A stretch of 64,000 nt of DNA from Trichosphaerium sp. ATCC 40318 (GCA_038496445.1 JALMLS010000009.1:206161-270160), one strand, 5' to 3'; shown: positions 25,401-37,230, counted from the stretch's first letter. The notes: generated from the sequence alone by a model not told the origin. Made by a program: numbers and translations.

Positions 25401-25918
25401 TACTAAAAGCGGAGATTAGTTACGACGAAAGTTGTATAGGCAGAAAATAAGACAAGTTTTTTGTTCTCTTAGGTACCTTCAAGTTGTAGTCAATAACTTT
25501 TACAGTCAAGTCCAAAACGCGACCAGGCTTGTACGTGGAAGCTGGGTTATTCTCACTTCCAACGTACGCACGAATACCATCGGTTCGCACTGTTTGAGTA
25601 GCCCAAGCCATTAGAGCATTCTTGTCACGACAGTCTAGTCTGTCTTCTTTACCGTTAACTCTGTTGTACTAATAATAACAAACGGTAAACAAAAAAATTG
25701 AATAGAGGAATTCAAAGACAGTACCTGTCCTGGAGGACATCCGAAGCGCTTATCAAGTGCATTACATACGCTTGGTTTACCGTCAGAAGCGGCAAGTGCG
25801 GGGAGCACGAGTGCGAGTGATATTATGCTCAAGAGCACCTCAACAAACAAGTTAGTGGATTCTAACAAAAAAAAATAGCTTCTAAAACTGCGCGTACAAT
25901 TTGTGAGTGAACAAGCAT
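22454..25918 (-). CDS. Polyprotein-like: signal-Reeler-Cys-rich-TM-internal signal-His1 LPMO-like domain-Cys-rich-polyAsn-CBM6
   Basis: Reeler motifs (YRGILLYA..VGSF; C..SVTHS; F.APPSGTGPIFFR). Intron 24572-24639 joins in frame to the 555-aa ORF. TVQA|HNWLGSP...YIVAWHWHGYYDCVHV. C-terminal IEAE..NVGWIDVGEYLAY..TGGW..NINWF (CBM6). Confidence 0.8.
22990..23070 (-). repeat. (AAC/AAT)n coding microsatellite (poly-Asn linker)
   Basis: TTG/TTA run on the + strand, in frame as N(n) just before the CBM6. Confidence 0.95.
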
Positions 25919-27165
25919 GTTTACGTTGTGTTTATGGGTGTGATTTTGTTGTGAGGTGAGGACGTGATGTGCTTGTAGTGAAAGTTAGCTTATTTTGCTG
26001 TCTCTTTCCTTTTTCACGCACAAAACCAGATATTTACTATTTTGGTCTATAACTAGCGCCTTTGGTTTTGGGCAATCTTTTAATACACTAACGCATGCTA
26101 TCCCTAGCAGGAACGAGTATAATACGAAATTGAACTTTCGAGCTCAGAAAATGCGAAAACGTATAAACTTGCGCGCAACTAACAAAACAATGTATTTCGA
26201 CGATAATCAGCACTGCTCCGAGCAATACAGCAACTTTGCTACATTTGCAGCTAGAAGTTGGCCAAAATGGCCAAAGGACCCTTCTTTGGTAGTGTGTATG
26301 GGCCACTCGTCTCAGGCACTAACAACCACAGCGTTAACTACTACTTATCGCTAGCGCAATTTGCCTAATTTGCAACATGACCTTTTTTGGCAAAGCTATC
26401 CAATTTGGCCTCCTACCCGGAACTATAACTAGTTATAAATGGTATTCCCTCACCCGAAACAAAGTCCACACGGATTGGCTAGCGGTAACTGTTTAAAGAA
26501 AATAATATTATTTTTGCAGACAATCACATGAGAGCGCAAGCCACTGATACCAACAACAAATAATCACAACAAAATTTTTGCGGTTGTAGACTACAAAGCT
26601 TGATGTGTTTTGTTTGTAGTGGTTCAACGCTTACTACATAACTAATCATCTGAAACACCAATTTATTTGTGTAATCAAATCACTCTAGTTTGGTAGCTCC
26701 GTTCTGAGTACTGTATGAGTATGGCCTATGAATCCGTCGGAGGTGCTCTAGTGTTTGCAAAGGGGTTCTAGAAAAAACCAGGTCATATACGCTGTTCAGT
26801 ATCATTGGTAGTGGTTGCGCTAAAAAGTGAGTATCAAATGCAAGATTATTTGTTTTCAACAGCAACGCGTTGTACAAGTAGAAGCGGTTGATGGTCTTGA
26901 TGAGTTAACATTTGATAGGAACTTAGAAAACAGTGTCGGAATCGGAACTTTAACACAGCCCAGCACTTTAAAAAAAATAGCGCCGCCCAGACCTTAGGAA
27001 ATCAGCCAGCAGGTGTCAAAGACGTTTACAAGTACGTAAAGGAATTGAAAAAGATGTAGCAATACAATGACTCGAATCGTTTTCAGGCTGAAAATCGAAG
27101 CTCCGTCCAAATTCTTTGCCGGCAGCCGTTTTTAGCTGAAATTAATAATTACAATTGTTTTATTT

Positions 27166-28058
<893 letters not shown>

Positions 28059-28492
28059 TTATTTTTTTAATTGTAGAGTTAATACGCCGGTTTTAAATAT
28101 CCTTCATCGCACTTATAAGTGCAGGTGGACGTATGGTAATAGTCTGCAAACAATATATGGTCGTGCTGAGTCTCAAAGGCCAAAAATAGTACAAAAGCAC
28201 TACAAAACGCTAGTAGAGGTAGATAATCCCTCAGCTCAGAGAAACTAATATTGTAAAGCAGTAACTTGTTTTATTTATTTTCAAATAATGTGCAACGTCT
28301 CAAAACAATGCACATGCTGTTTTCGTACATTTGCACTATTCCACTGTTAAACTTCATCACGAAACCCGTCTTGGCGTTTGGGCTATAGGCTGTAAGCTAG
28401 GCTTCCTTACATTAAGTCAGTAAACGCCCTTCGCCGGCTGTTTTGTGTTTTATCAAATTGTGTCTGACACAATCTATTTTTATTTATTTTGG

Positions 28493-29214
28493 CTACAATC
28501 TAGAACAAGCATAACATTCTGAATATCCTTTAGGGCACACTAAGCGTTGATAGTATCCTGAGGTAAAGCAATCCTTACACAACAGTCCTTGACAACTCTT
28601 AGGCACTGCCTCACCAGCAGTAAATGAAACAGAGTAATGAATCAAGTTTGATTGTGTAAACTCCACATGGCAGTAACAGCAATATCTAAACCCAAAGACA
28701 TTAGTACAATGCCAGTACAAAAAAAAAAAAACAGAAGAAAGAAAGCTCAAAATCTCAACAAGACTAGGAATCAACACAGAATCAAATACAAATATTGCTT
28801 CTTAAGCGCTAGCATTTCAATTGATAAAATCAAAGATAAAGTCTGTTGATACTTCGGTGTTGCAGCAGTTTTTGACTAAGACTTCAAAACCGTTGTCGTA
28901 ATAGTGTACCTGTATATGTAGTAACATCGCCAAGGTGGTAGGCAAAATGCGTATAGTGGTACTTCGTAATCGTACTCACCTGGTTCACTGCTTCCAAACA
29001 GTTTATTGTTGAGGCGCAGATATTCCCTGAAAGTTTTAACGCTCCAATAAACATTATCTTTGTAAATATTGTTAAATAAATGGCTAATACGCCAAAACAC
29101 GTGTGCTAGATCGTATACAGTCAAGTAGGAAGCAATTATTGTCCACAGCTCTGGTGGGAGGTAAAGAGATACATTGGAATCTTTTTTAAATGGTTTTTTA
29201 TCTGTTGGATCCAT
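28493..29214 (-). CDS. F-box protein with Cys-rich (Zn-finger-like) C-terminus, 3 exons
   Basis: LPPELWTIIASYL F-box; CCYC..C..LCKDC..C..CYAC tail. Exon 2 needs one extra A in an A-run. Confidence 0.65.
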
Positions 29215-29463
29215 CTTAGTGGTAGAACGAGGAGATGTAAATCAAAACACAATTTCTTCGAATGTTACAACTTCACAAAAAAAAAATCACGTGTGCACAA
29301 TACTACAAGAGCTCACATAGACTTTCACGTTTTATTGATTCTGGTTTATTCATGTTGGTATACAGCCAATTAACAAGCTGCTTCCCAATAAAACTTACCT
29401 TTATGTTTAAGTGTTGTATTGTCATTTCGTACATAAAGTCCTCGCACTGGCAGAGAACTACCG

Positions 29464-30114
29464 TCACTCTAATATCACGAAACCATGTAGCATACTATGC
29501 CTTAGTATATTTCGTATTGCTTTGTATTTCTTCATTGTAATAGCCCATGCATGTTTATTGTCTACCTCAACTTGATGACTTGTTCTTAAACTCAATGTAC
29601 CGAAATAATTAATCTGAACAAACCAACTCCAACTGTTGTTAAGAACATAACTCCTAACATGTTCATGCAATTTATCAAACATGTCAATTGGATAAACTGA
29701 TGCTGATTTAACTCTTGCTCTTACAATAATGCGTCTACGGATCTGTACTGCAAGAGGTCTTATGTCATGAGAAACTTGTATCATATCATGGCAGAGAAAC
29801 AGTTGGTTTAAAATCTCCCTTGCCACTGTTTCTGAGTTTTTTGTTTTGTCTTCTCCTTTACCTGTTAGACTGTATAACCATATTGCCACCAATAAATCAA
29901 TACGACAACTTGATCTTTTTACTTCATCGCAGTATTTCCAAAAGTTTTTGAATAGTCGCATGTCTAATAATAGTTCTATGTGGAATGGACGCGTCAGTGA
30001 TTTCTCCTGGCATAATAAAGAAAAATTAACGTTAATACATTTAATTTTACTAAGTGTTCGTAGTGGTAACGCTTTAAGTATTATGAGAAGAATTTCATTT
30101 GGCAATAAATCCAT
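29464..30114 (-). CDS. Intronless F-box protein
   Basis: MDLLPNEILLIILKALPLRTLSKIKCINVNFSLLC F-box at the N-terminus; 216-aa uninterrupted ORF. Confidence 0.75.
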   Translation of the reverse strand: MDLLPNEILLIILKALPLRTLSKIKCINVNFSLLCQEKSLTRPFHIELLLDMRLFKNFWKYCDEVKRSSCRIDLLVAIWLYSLTGKGEDKTKNSETVAREILNQLFLCHDMIQVSHDIRPLAVQIRRRIIVRARVKSASVYPIDMFDKLHEHVRSYVLNNSWSWFVQINYFGTLSLRTSHQVEVDNKHAWAITMKKYKAIRNILRHSMLHGFVILE

Positions 30115-30383
30115 ATTGTGGCACGTGTTGTTTCTTAAACTTAATGAGTTATGGTCAATTTAATTACACACTGACATTTTCCCACAGCCCTCTCACATTA
30201 CAACGCATGTTAGGTTGTCTGTGTGGTTGTAATATGTTACGTATAAAAAATATGCGTAACACTTGCATTAAGTGCCTTTCAAACTATTGCAAAGGCGTTG
30301 AAAGAAGTTGTGTTCAACACGTTCAAAAATATGTAAAAAACAATACTGATTTGCTTACCTTTCCAGCCATTTTAAAAACCTTC

Positions 30384-30388
30384 AAAAA
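30384..30388 (-). terminator. Putative Pol III terminator (T5) of the permuted tRNA transcript
   Basis: TTTTT at the end of the 3' arm of the flanking inverted repeat; a second T5 lies at 30374-30378. Confidence 0.55.
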
Positions 30389-30412
30389 GACCCAACCCTT
30401 GCGGGATAATAT

Positions 30413-30488
30413 ATGTGCTACCACTACACCATGGGGGAAGTAAGTCCCCCAGTGGGATTCGAACCCACGCCGTAAACTCCGAATGTTT
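30413..30488 (-). tRNA. Circularly permuted tRNA gene, probable tRNA-Arg(TCG)
   Basis: 3' half (30488-30444) AAAC-ATTCGGA-GTTTA-CGGC-GTGGG-TTCGAAT-CCCAC-TGGGGGA-C, spacer TTACT, then 5' half (30438-30413) TCCCCCA-TG-GTGT-AGTGGTA-GCAC-A-T. All four stems pair, with U8/A14, G15/C48, G18G19, U33 and TTCGA present. Confidence 0.85.
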
Positions 30489-30536
30489 GAATTAATGAAG
30501 TACTATTGGGTCTGACTTTAACATCACAAAAACAAG

Positions 30537-30544
30537 TATTTATA
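30537..30544 (-). promoter_or_regulatory. TATA box upstream of the permuted tRNA precursor
   Basis: TATAAATA starts 31 nt upstream of the first paired flank base (30513). Confidence 0.55.
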
Positions 30545-31060
30545 CATCGCAGTTGAACAATAAAAAAACTTGTGGTTTTACAAACATGCACAGAGTGCAA
30601 AATGGCCAATAGTAAACCGCTACATGATTTTTTAATCTATTGTACAGTTTCAGAGAAATACCGAAAAATTGATGTTAACTTTACTATTAGCTTGTTATCA
30701 CATCCGTAGTACCCCAACATAAACTTTGTTGAAGCTACTATGGATCAGTTTTATTTTCCTTAATCTGCACACTCAACAAAGCGTATCTTTGTAGTTAATA
30801 AAGAAAGAAACGCACGTGACTAGTGAACTTTATTTATTTCTTTGTATTTCTCGATGGACATGTGATTTTTACTATAGCAGGTTGCCTTCACACCAGAACA
30901 ATATCAGTACTGATATCTACCTTTCCAATATGTTGTTTCTTGGGCAGTCTGATGGACTGAACAGCAAACGACAAGTAATAAAAAGTCTGGTCTAGTCAAA
31001 AAGTAAAAAATGATACAATTAATAATAGCGGTGACACTGATAGTATCAGCTAACGCAATA

Positions 31061-31839
31061 ATGAGTAAATTTGGTGATGACGTTGAAACAGAATCCGTTT
31101 GGGACTACCCAAGGTAAATACGCAAACAAATGCGCTTATACGCTTTAAAATCGCTTTGGTACTATTTTTAATGCGTTTTAGACCTCCTGCTTTAATTCCA
31201 ACAAGTAAACGCGTCAGAATCATTTTTAATGGCGTAGTCATAGCAGACACAACGAAAGCTCTAAGGTAGGAGAAACAAATCGCCGAAACGATTTTTCGTT
31301 AACTGCCAAACTTAGAATATTGGAGACAAGCCACCCACCTACATACTATATACCTCCTGAAGACATCAAGAAGGAACATTTCATTCCTGTCGGCCGTACA
31401 ACATATTGCGAGTGGAAGGTTGATATTACTATTTTGTTGTTCTTTGAACTCTCTTTAACGTTGTTTTAATAGGGTACAGCTAGTTACTACAATATCAAGG
31501 TTGGCGACAAGGTATCTGAACGATCTGGCTGGTACTACAAGGTATTAAATAAGATAATGACATCCTCAATTGAGTTTGGTTAATTTTTCTTCTCTAGAGC
31601 CCTGTATCTGCTTATAAGGAGTTGAAAGACCATGTCGCTGTTTACGCAAGTCGTATGGACGAATGTTATGTTGGTGACGAGAAAGTTCAGTCTCAGGAAG
31701 GTGACTTTTATGGTGGATGGATTACTTCGGTAATTTCTTTTTTTTCTGTTTTTTGACTTTGGCTTATTATTTTTTAATGTAGAACATAAACGGAGGTAAA
31801 AAAGGTTTCAAAGGTGGAGCAGGGACATGGGGATGGTAG
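31061..31839 (+). CDS. DUF427 family protein, multi-exon
   Basis: ESVWDYPRPP, ETSHPPTYYIPPED, TYCEWKGTASYY, GDFYGGWITS, FKGGAGTWGW*. Confidence 0.9.
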
Positions 31840-31984
31840 AATAAAATTATTAGTTTGTGACTATTAAAAGAAAGAGAAGAAATTACTCAAGTTGGAATGT
31901 GTAAAATGGTTTTATTTACTAAATTTACAATCGACGTTAGATCGATACTGGGATCTTTGTGAAATCAATGAGATTTATGTTGTC

Positions 31985-32523
31985 ATAGATGTAGAAGCGC
32001 TGCTTCTTCCTCAAAAGTAAGAGCTCTTGTAGATCTTTTTGTATGAGAATGTCTTATTATATTTTGCGTTTCTATGTTTTTCTGGTCGAAAGATACTGTT
32101 CTTGCGTTTTTGTAAAATCGTTTTTTTGCAACTCTAGACGGAGCTTTCATATTCATGTTGTTTGTTGCACCATTCTTTTGAACGACCTAATATACTTTGT
32201 AAGCTTCTTTCCAAGTTTATTTCTGATGAAGAAAAAAAACAACAGTGACTACGCGCAATAGGCGCGTAGACAAACTTGCTTGCGTAAAGCGCTCAACTTG
32301 AAAAAAAAAACGGTTGATTGAAATAGTTATGTACCTGGTTGTGTGATTGACAGTTTGTTTTGGGTTTTTCTACAACATCGATATATAGAGGCCTTCTTTG
32401 ATTCATCCTTTTGAGCACATTTGTAACAAGAAGGTTTGTTGATGCAACGAGAGGACTTGATTGCTTTTCTTGCATTCTAGTGTTGAATTGGCTTCTAGGA
32501 TATTGTACGGTGTTTTGCATCAT
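31985..32523 (-). CDS. Hypothetical basic, low-complexity protein, about 3 exons
   Basis: ATG at 32523 and GT-AG introns; 3' frame ambiguous; no recognised domain. Confidence 0.4.
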
Positions 32524-32800
32524 GTTGTATAAAGGTAGAAGTGTTGTAGTTCGTGTATAATAATGAAAAAAATGAATGAAAAACTGTGATTGATATTTAG
32601 GTTGGTTCAACAAACGGAAAGAAAAATCAATCTACAAATATCAATCTACAAAAATCACTCAAAATTTTCTTCAATCAGTTTTCTAAAGAACGAAACCAAT
32701 CTTGTAGAATCATTAAGCTATCAATCTATTTATAAGCATACTAGAACACTCAAATCAATACATGTATTGGGCTTTATTGAGGTTTTATTTGATGAACAGT

Positions 32801-34016
32801 TTAAAGTTTTACAGTGTTTTTGTGGTATGGATAAAACTCGTTGAATTCTCGGAACCTTACAAAGGATAATGCAGGAAGCATTAGGTTTTTTATGAACCAT
32901 GGTAAGTTGCTGAACATTAGAGCACGTTCTTCCTCAGTTTGAGAGTAATACATCATAGGAAATTGAGTTCCTACTTTATCTTGTTGCTTCACGTATGTCA
33001 TGATTTCTTTAATGACATCATCTTCTTCTTCAACTGGTAAGTACTTTACAACCAACTCATGGGTTATAAGAGATGTTTCAGTAGCGACGTGGGCCTATGA
33101 GACGAGTGTTAACGAAAACCAAGGAAGTTGTAGATTAAAGCAAACAAAAAAAAACTGTTTGGGTTAACAGTCACGTGCCGTGAAGGCATCTCTAACGCTC
33201 GTAGTTTTCTCTAACAGCTCATCTATACCCTCTTTTCTGTTGCAATCAATCTCAGTTTCGCGTATTTCTTTAATCTTGGCAGCTAAGGCTTCATGTTCGT
33301 CTTTAACAACGCCAGAATCCTAAAACAAACCAATTAACTCGCTTCATAGAACGCACTGCTTCAATTATGATTTAAAGAAAATAAATAACCGATTTACGTC
33401 AACGTGCCTTGTTGAATGATGCTATACGCTTCGATAGTGCTTTGTGAATAAATTTCTCTTCTTGACCGTGATGAGTCTCAATCACGTCGAGAACTGTAAG
33501 TAAGTGTCTATGGAGCGCTAATATTATGTCAAGACGTTATATAAAGTATTGTAGAAGCCTTTACGTACCTCCACGGCGTTTTTGAGGCCATAAATTCGGA
33601 CTTTTCTTTATCTGAGCACAAGCCTTTTGTATCCTTTCAAGATTTCTATCAATTACCTTGTGGGTATTCTCATTACCACTCACAATCCTAGAAACAGTGC
33701 GTTCTCCTATAATTTTTATTTTAGGTCGGTTTTTTTGTGACTCCAAAAAATATCACGTGATAAGCATTTACAAGTACGAGTACGTGTAAAAACTGAGCAG
33801 CGTACCTGTTTTTTCTTGTTTCGGTTCTTCCTCTTGTTTTTGATCTTTCTTTGCCTCTGTCGCTTCTGTAGTTTGTTCTGGCGTTGGAGATACATCTTCT
33901 GGAGTATCTTTTTCTTCTTTTTGTTCCGTCGAAGGCGTTGGTTTCTCTACAGGTGGTTCCTTTATATTTTCGAGTGCAGAAGTATCTACAGTCTCTTGAG
34001 TAGGTGTTTCGGCCAT
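32801..34016 (-). CDS. Hemerythrin-like (HHE) domain protein with acidic disordered N-terminus
   Basis: H(KVIDRNL)...HHGQEE...EH(EAL)...HVATE metal-ligand pattern; E/K/T/P-rich first exon. Confidence 0.75.
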
Positions 34017-34291
34017 AGTTGTTGTTAACGTTGCGGTTACTACACTCTGTTTTTCCGGAAACTCGCAGAAAATTGACCCCTTTTAAAAAACCGCCTATCC
34101 AGTTTTCTTGTGATTTCAGTGGTTCTGAGACGCCTGACAACCTCTTCGAGAGTTTCCTAGTAGCTTTAGAGATAGGTTTCATTGCATAACGACAAGAAGT
34201 ACAATCCAAAAGTACAAGTTTATGTATACTACAACGACATAATTAAAATACACTTTTTCTTTTGTTGTTTGGCGTCCATTGAGTAGCCACT

Positions 34292-37230
34292 TCATTCATC
34301 AGGTACAACATCCTCGTAGAGTTTAAGAGTAACGCCATGTAAAACAGCATTAGTAGCTTCTTGACAGAGCCTATGAAGCCTTGGATCACGTGCACACTTC
34401 TTATAATTCGCAACAATAAAATCAACAGCCATTCTTCTAAGTTTAGGCAAGTGATACTTTACGCTTGCTTCAAGCAACTCAAAGCAAGTATCCATATTAG
34501 TAAACTCAGCCAAGCTTGTCTTTATAAGCTTCTTAAGGTACTTATCCTTTGACATGCCATAGAAATGCGCTTGAGACATAACTTGGATACAAGAATCAGG
34601 AGAACAAGATAACTTTCCAGTGTACAAGTAACTAAAAAAAGTCGTCAGTTTGTGAAAGAAAACTACGAAGGTAAAAGCCTACTAGCGAACTAGCGTAAAT
34701 TTTAACATTTTAAACTTAAAATTGAAATACGCTAATAATAGCACATCTGTTTGATTGATCAAGACATAAAAATACTCGGTATGGATGAAAATTGAGCTTA
34801 ACTAAACTGAGCTTATTGATTCCGTACGTTAAAAATGCAGCAAATGCTGCAGGGTCCATATCAGCATCATGCTTTAGAACCTTGTGTTTGAGTCCGTTCT
34901 GTCCACTATTTACATCAAAATTGAACATTGAGGCGAAGAAGGGGCAGCGTGCAGCGATTATAGCTTTATGAACACGAAACTTTGTACCCTGCAAAAAAAA
35001 TAAATAAATAAATGAACATTAAAAAAATATTCGATTGTTACCTTCACAAGAATAGACAAATCATAGTGGTCGTGACTGTTAAGCAATTTCTTCATATCAG
35101 TACGAAGAGTAGAAGAAGTAATCATATCAGTATAGAACGTGAATACATGTTGGCGCTAATAACAAGGAGTCAACAAACTTAACAAAAAACCAAGAAATTG
35201 ATATCAAAAAAAAAAAAAACGTACAGACATCAACAACACAGACAAACAGTACTTTGTTATTTCATCAATAAACTTAACTTCAAGAATGAAGCGTATCCTA
35301 TAAAGAACAAGTAAGTAAACGCCCGTGTGATATCCTATTAACCAAACAAAAACACAAACGTACCATTGTGATCGATGCCAATTTATTACTGTATCTTTAT
35401 CAGCTTCGCTGGATATACCCAAAGTTATCATGAAAGGTGATATATCCTCGTCCTACAACAACCAGTAAATAAACGGACCTTGAGTTATAATTAAATCAAT
35501 AAAAAAACGTACAACAAAGTTATCTTTAGCCCATTGTCCACAAATAATCTCAAGTGGCTTCAAACTAAAATAACGTGCGCACTTAAGCAACAAGTACACA
35601 TCATTAAGAGCACGTGATTCAAGATCCAATTCTTCAGTATATAAAAACTCTAGAAACAGGCCAAGTACGACAGGAGTAACGCCTTCACTTTGTAGCCTAA
35701 ATAAATCAATAAGTGATCAAAACTAACAAAAAAAAATGAAAGAAAACGTAAAACATGTTCTTGAAGGTACCATTGATTAATTTGACTGAAATTTAAAAAT
35801 ATCTTGCATCTAGCGTGTATAATACATTTATGAAGGTAAAAATTCTGACCCTTGTAGTTTATAGTATAGTCTGAGAAGGTGTGATTGCGAAAAGTCATCG
35901 ATAAGTCTTTTTTGTATGGATCGATCTGATCACGAAGGAAAATCTTCTCCTCTCTTGCTAAGAATGCACGAAGGTACATACCAACATACAAACGTAGAAA
36001 ATGGTCTTCATACTTGCCCTTAGCAAGCCTGTCTTTCTTTAAAATTTTCGGAATTTTCATGTGTTTTTGGGCCAAGTTTAAGGCTAATCCTACTTTGTGT
36101 AACCTCTGATCAAGCTTTGGTGTTATATTATTTGATTCTTTTACTACTTGTTCATATGAAAATATCGTAGGATCATATTTATGAATAAGAGCCAAAAAAA
36201 CATTTCCGTCTTGAAATGAAGCAGTGAAGTTTTCTATGTTTATCTCATCGTAATCCTTTCTAAATTCAATACCATTAGCATATATAAGATAAAAAAAATC
36301 CCTCATAAATAAAAAAACAACAAATCGTGAGTCTCGATTTTTTTCACTCACGTGATGTAGCATCGAAGTTTTTTTTTGTTTTGTATTTTTTTTTGATCAA
36401 AAAAAAAAACTATGCGTACGTCATTTGTTTGCACCATTCTATAAGTACATTATTGAAAATAGGATCCTCATCACACTGTAGAGATCTTAGAAGCATTTTC
36501 TTGAAAATAGTCCATAAGAATGCAAAGAGAATATGTTGGTTACAGTAGTGTGTATCAATAAAAAAATCCTATAAACATTCGTTAGAAAATACGCAAAAGA
36601 AGAGTAAGACGAGGAAAAGAAAAAAGGAAAACTGCGAACTTCGCAAAAAAATGATAAAATGATAAAAACGACGTGCAGATAGTTTTATAATCTGATTCTT
36701 TTGTGGTAGTAGCTCTGAATCTTGCAGGAAAGATAATGCAACACCAGTATTAGCCATTCTTTCAATTCTTGTTCTAGATAGTCCGTTTTAATATTAATCC
36801 ATTAGTTGGACTATGAATACGCTTATAACGCGTGCGTATATATGTTTAGACAGTCTTAGATCAACTAAGAAAAAAAGGCGTACTTTGGACGTTTCACATA
36901 GCGTTTGTTTATCGTTGATGAGCATAGTATTTCTACAAAGTATATGATAGTAATGCCATCAGCAAATGCTTCTGTTAGGGGCGCTTTTAAACAAAGGTCC
37001 CGTTGTTTTAAATACGAATTTACAAATTGCGTAAATGCCTAAAACTGGGATTTAGGCGTTTGGTTGCATCACCAACAGCGTATTTGGTGTTATTGTGTAC
37101 ATACCGCAGTTTGTGCCTTCTCCCAATGCTTCCCTATCCATCTACCGCGACCATACTGCATACCTGTGCTATTCCCATGCTGTCTTGGTGAACTGTATGC
37201 GCGTACAGTTCTACTTCTTCTAGTCGTCAT
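34292..37230 (-). CDS. Tandem calponin-homology (actin-binding) domains plus two BTB/POZ domains
   Basis: WEKAQTAAFTQFVNSYL, AFADG, FLWTI (CH1); LIEWCK..NIENFTASFQDGNVFLALIH (CH2); FSDYTI..FYLHKCIIHARC and YDLSI..FRVHKAIIAARCPFF..YLYTG (BTB x2). Start uncertain. Confidence 0.82.

Noticed and set aside
25995-26880. Short ORFs and the 14-bp palindrome TATAACTAGTTATA near 26424
   Set aside because: No recognisable domain or splice pattern; an AT-rich palindrome of this length is weak evidence on its own.
30413-30488. Two-piece (permuted) tmRNA or a tRNA-derived SINE
   Set aside because: It has full D and anticodon arms, no G3-U70 alanine determinant, no tag ORF, and no SINE body or tail.
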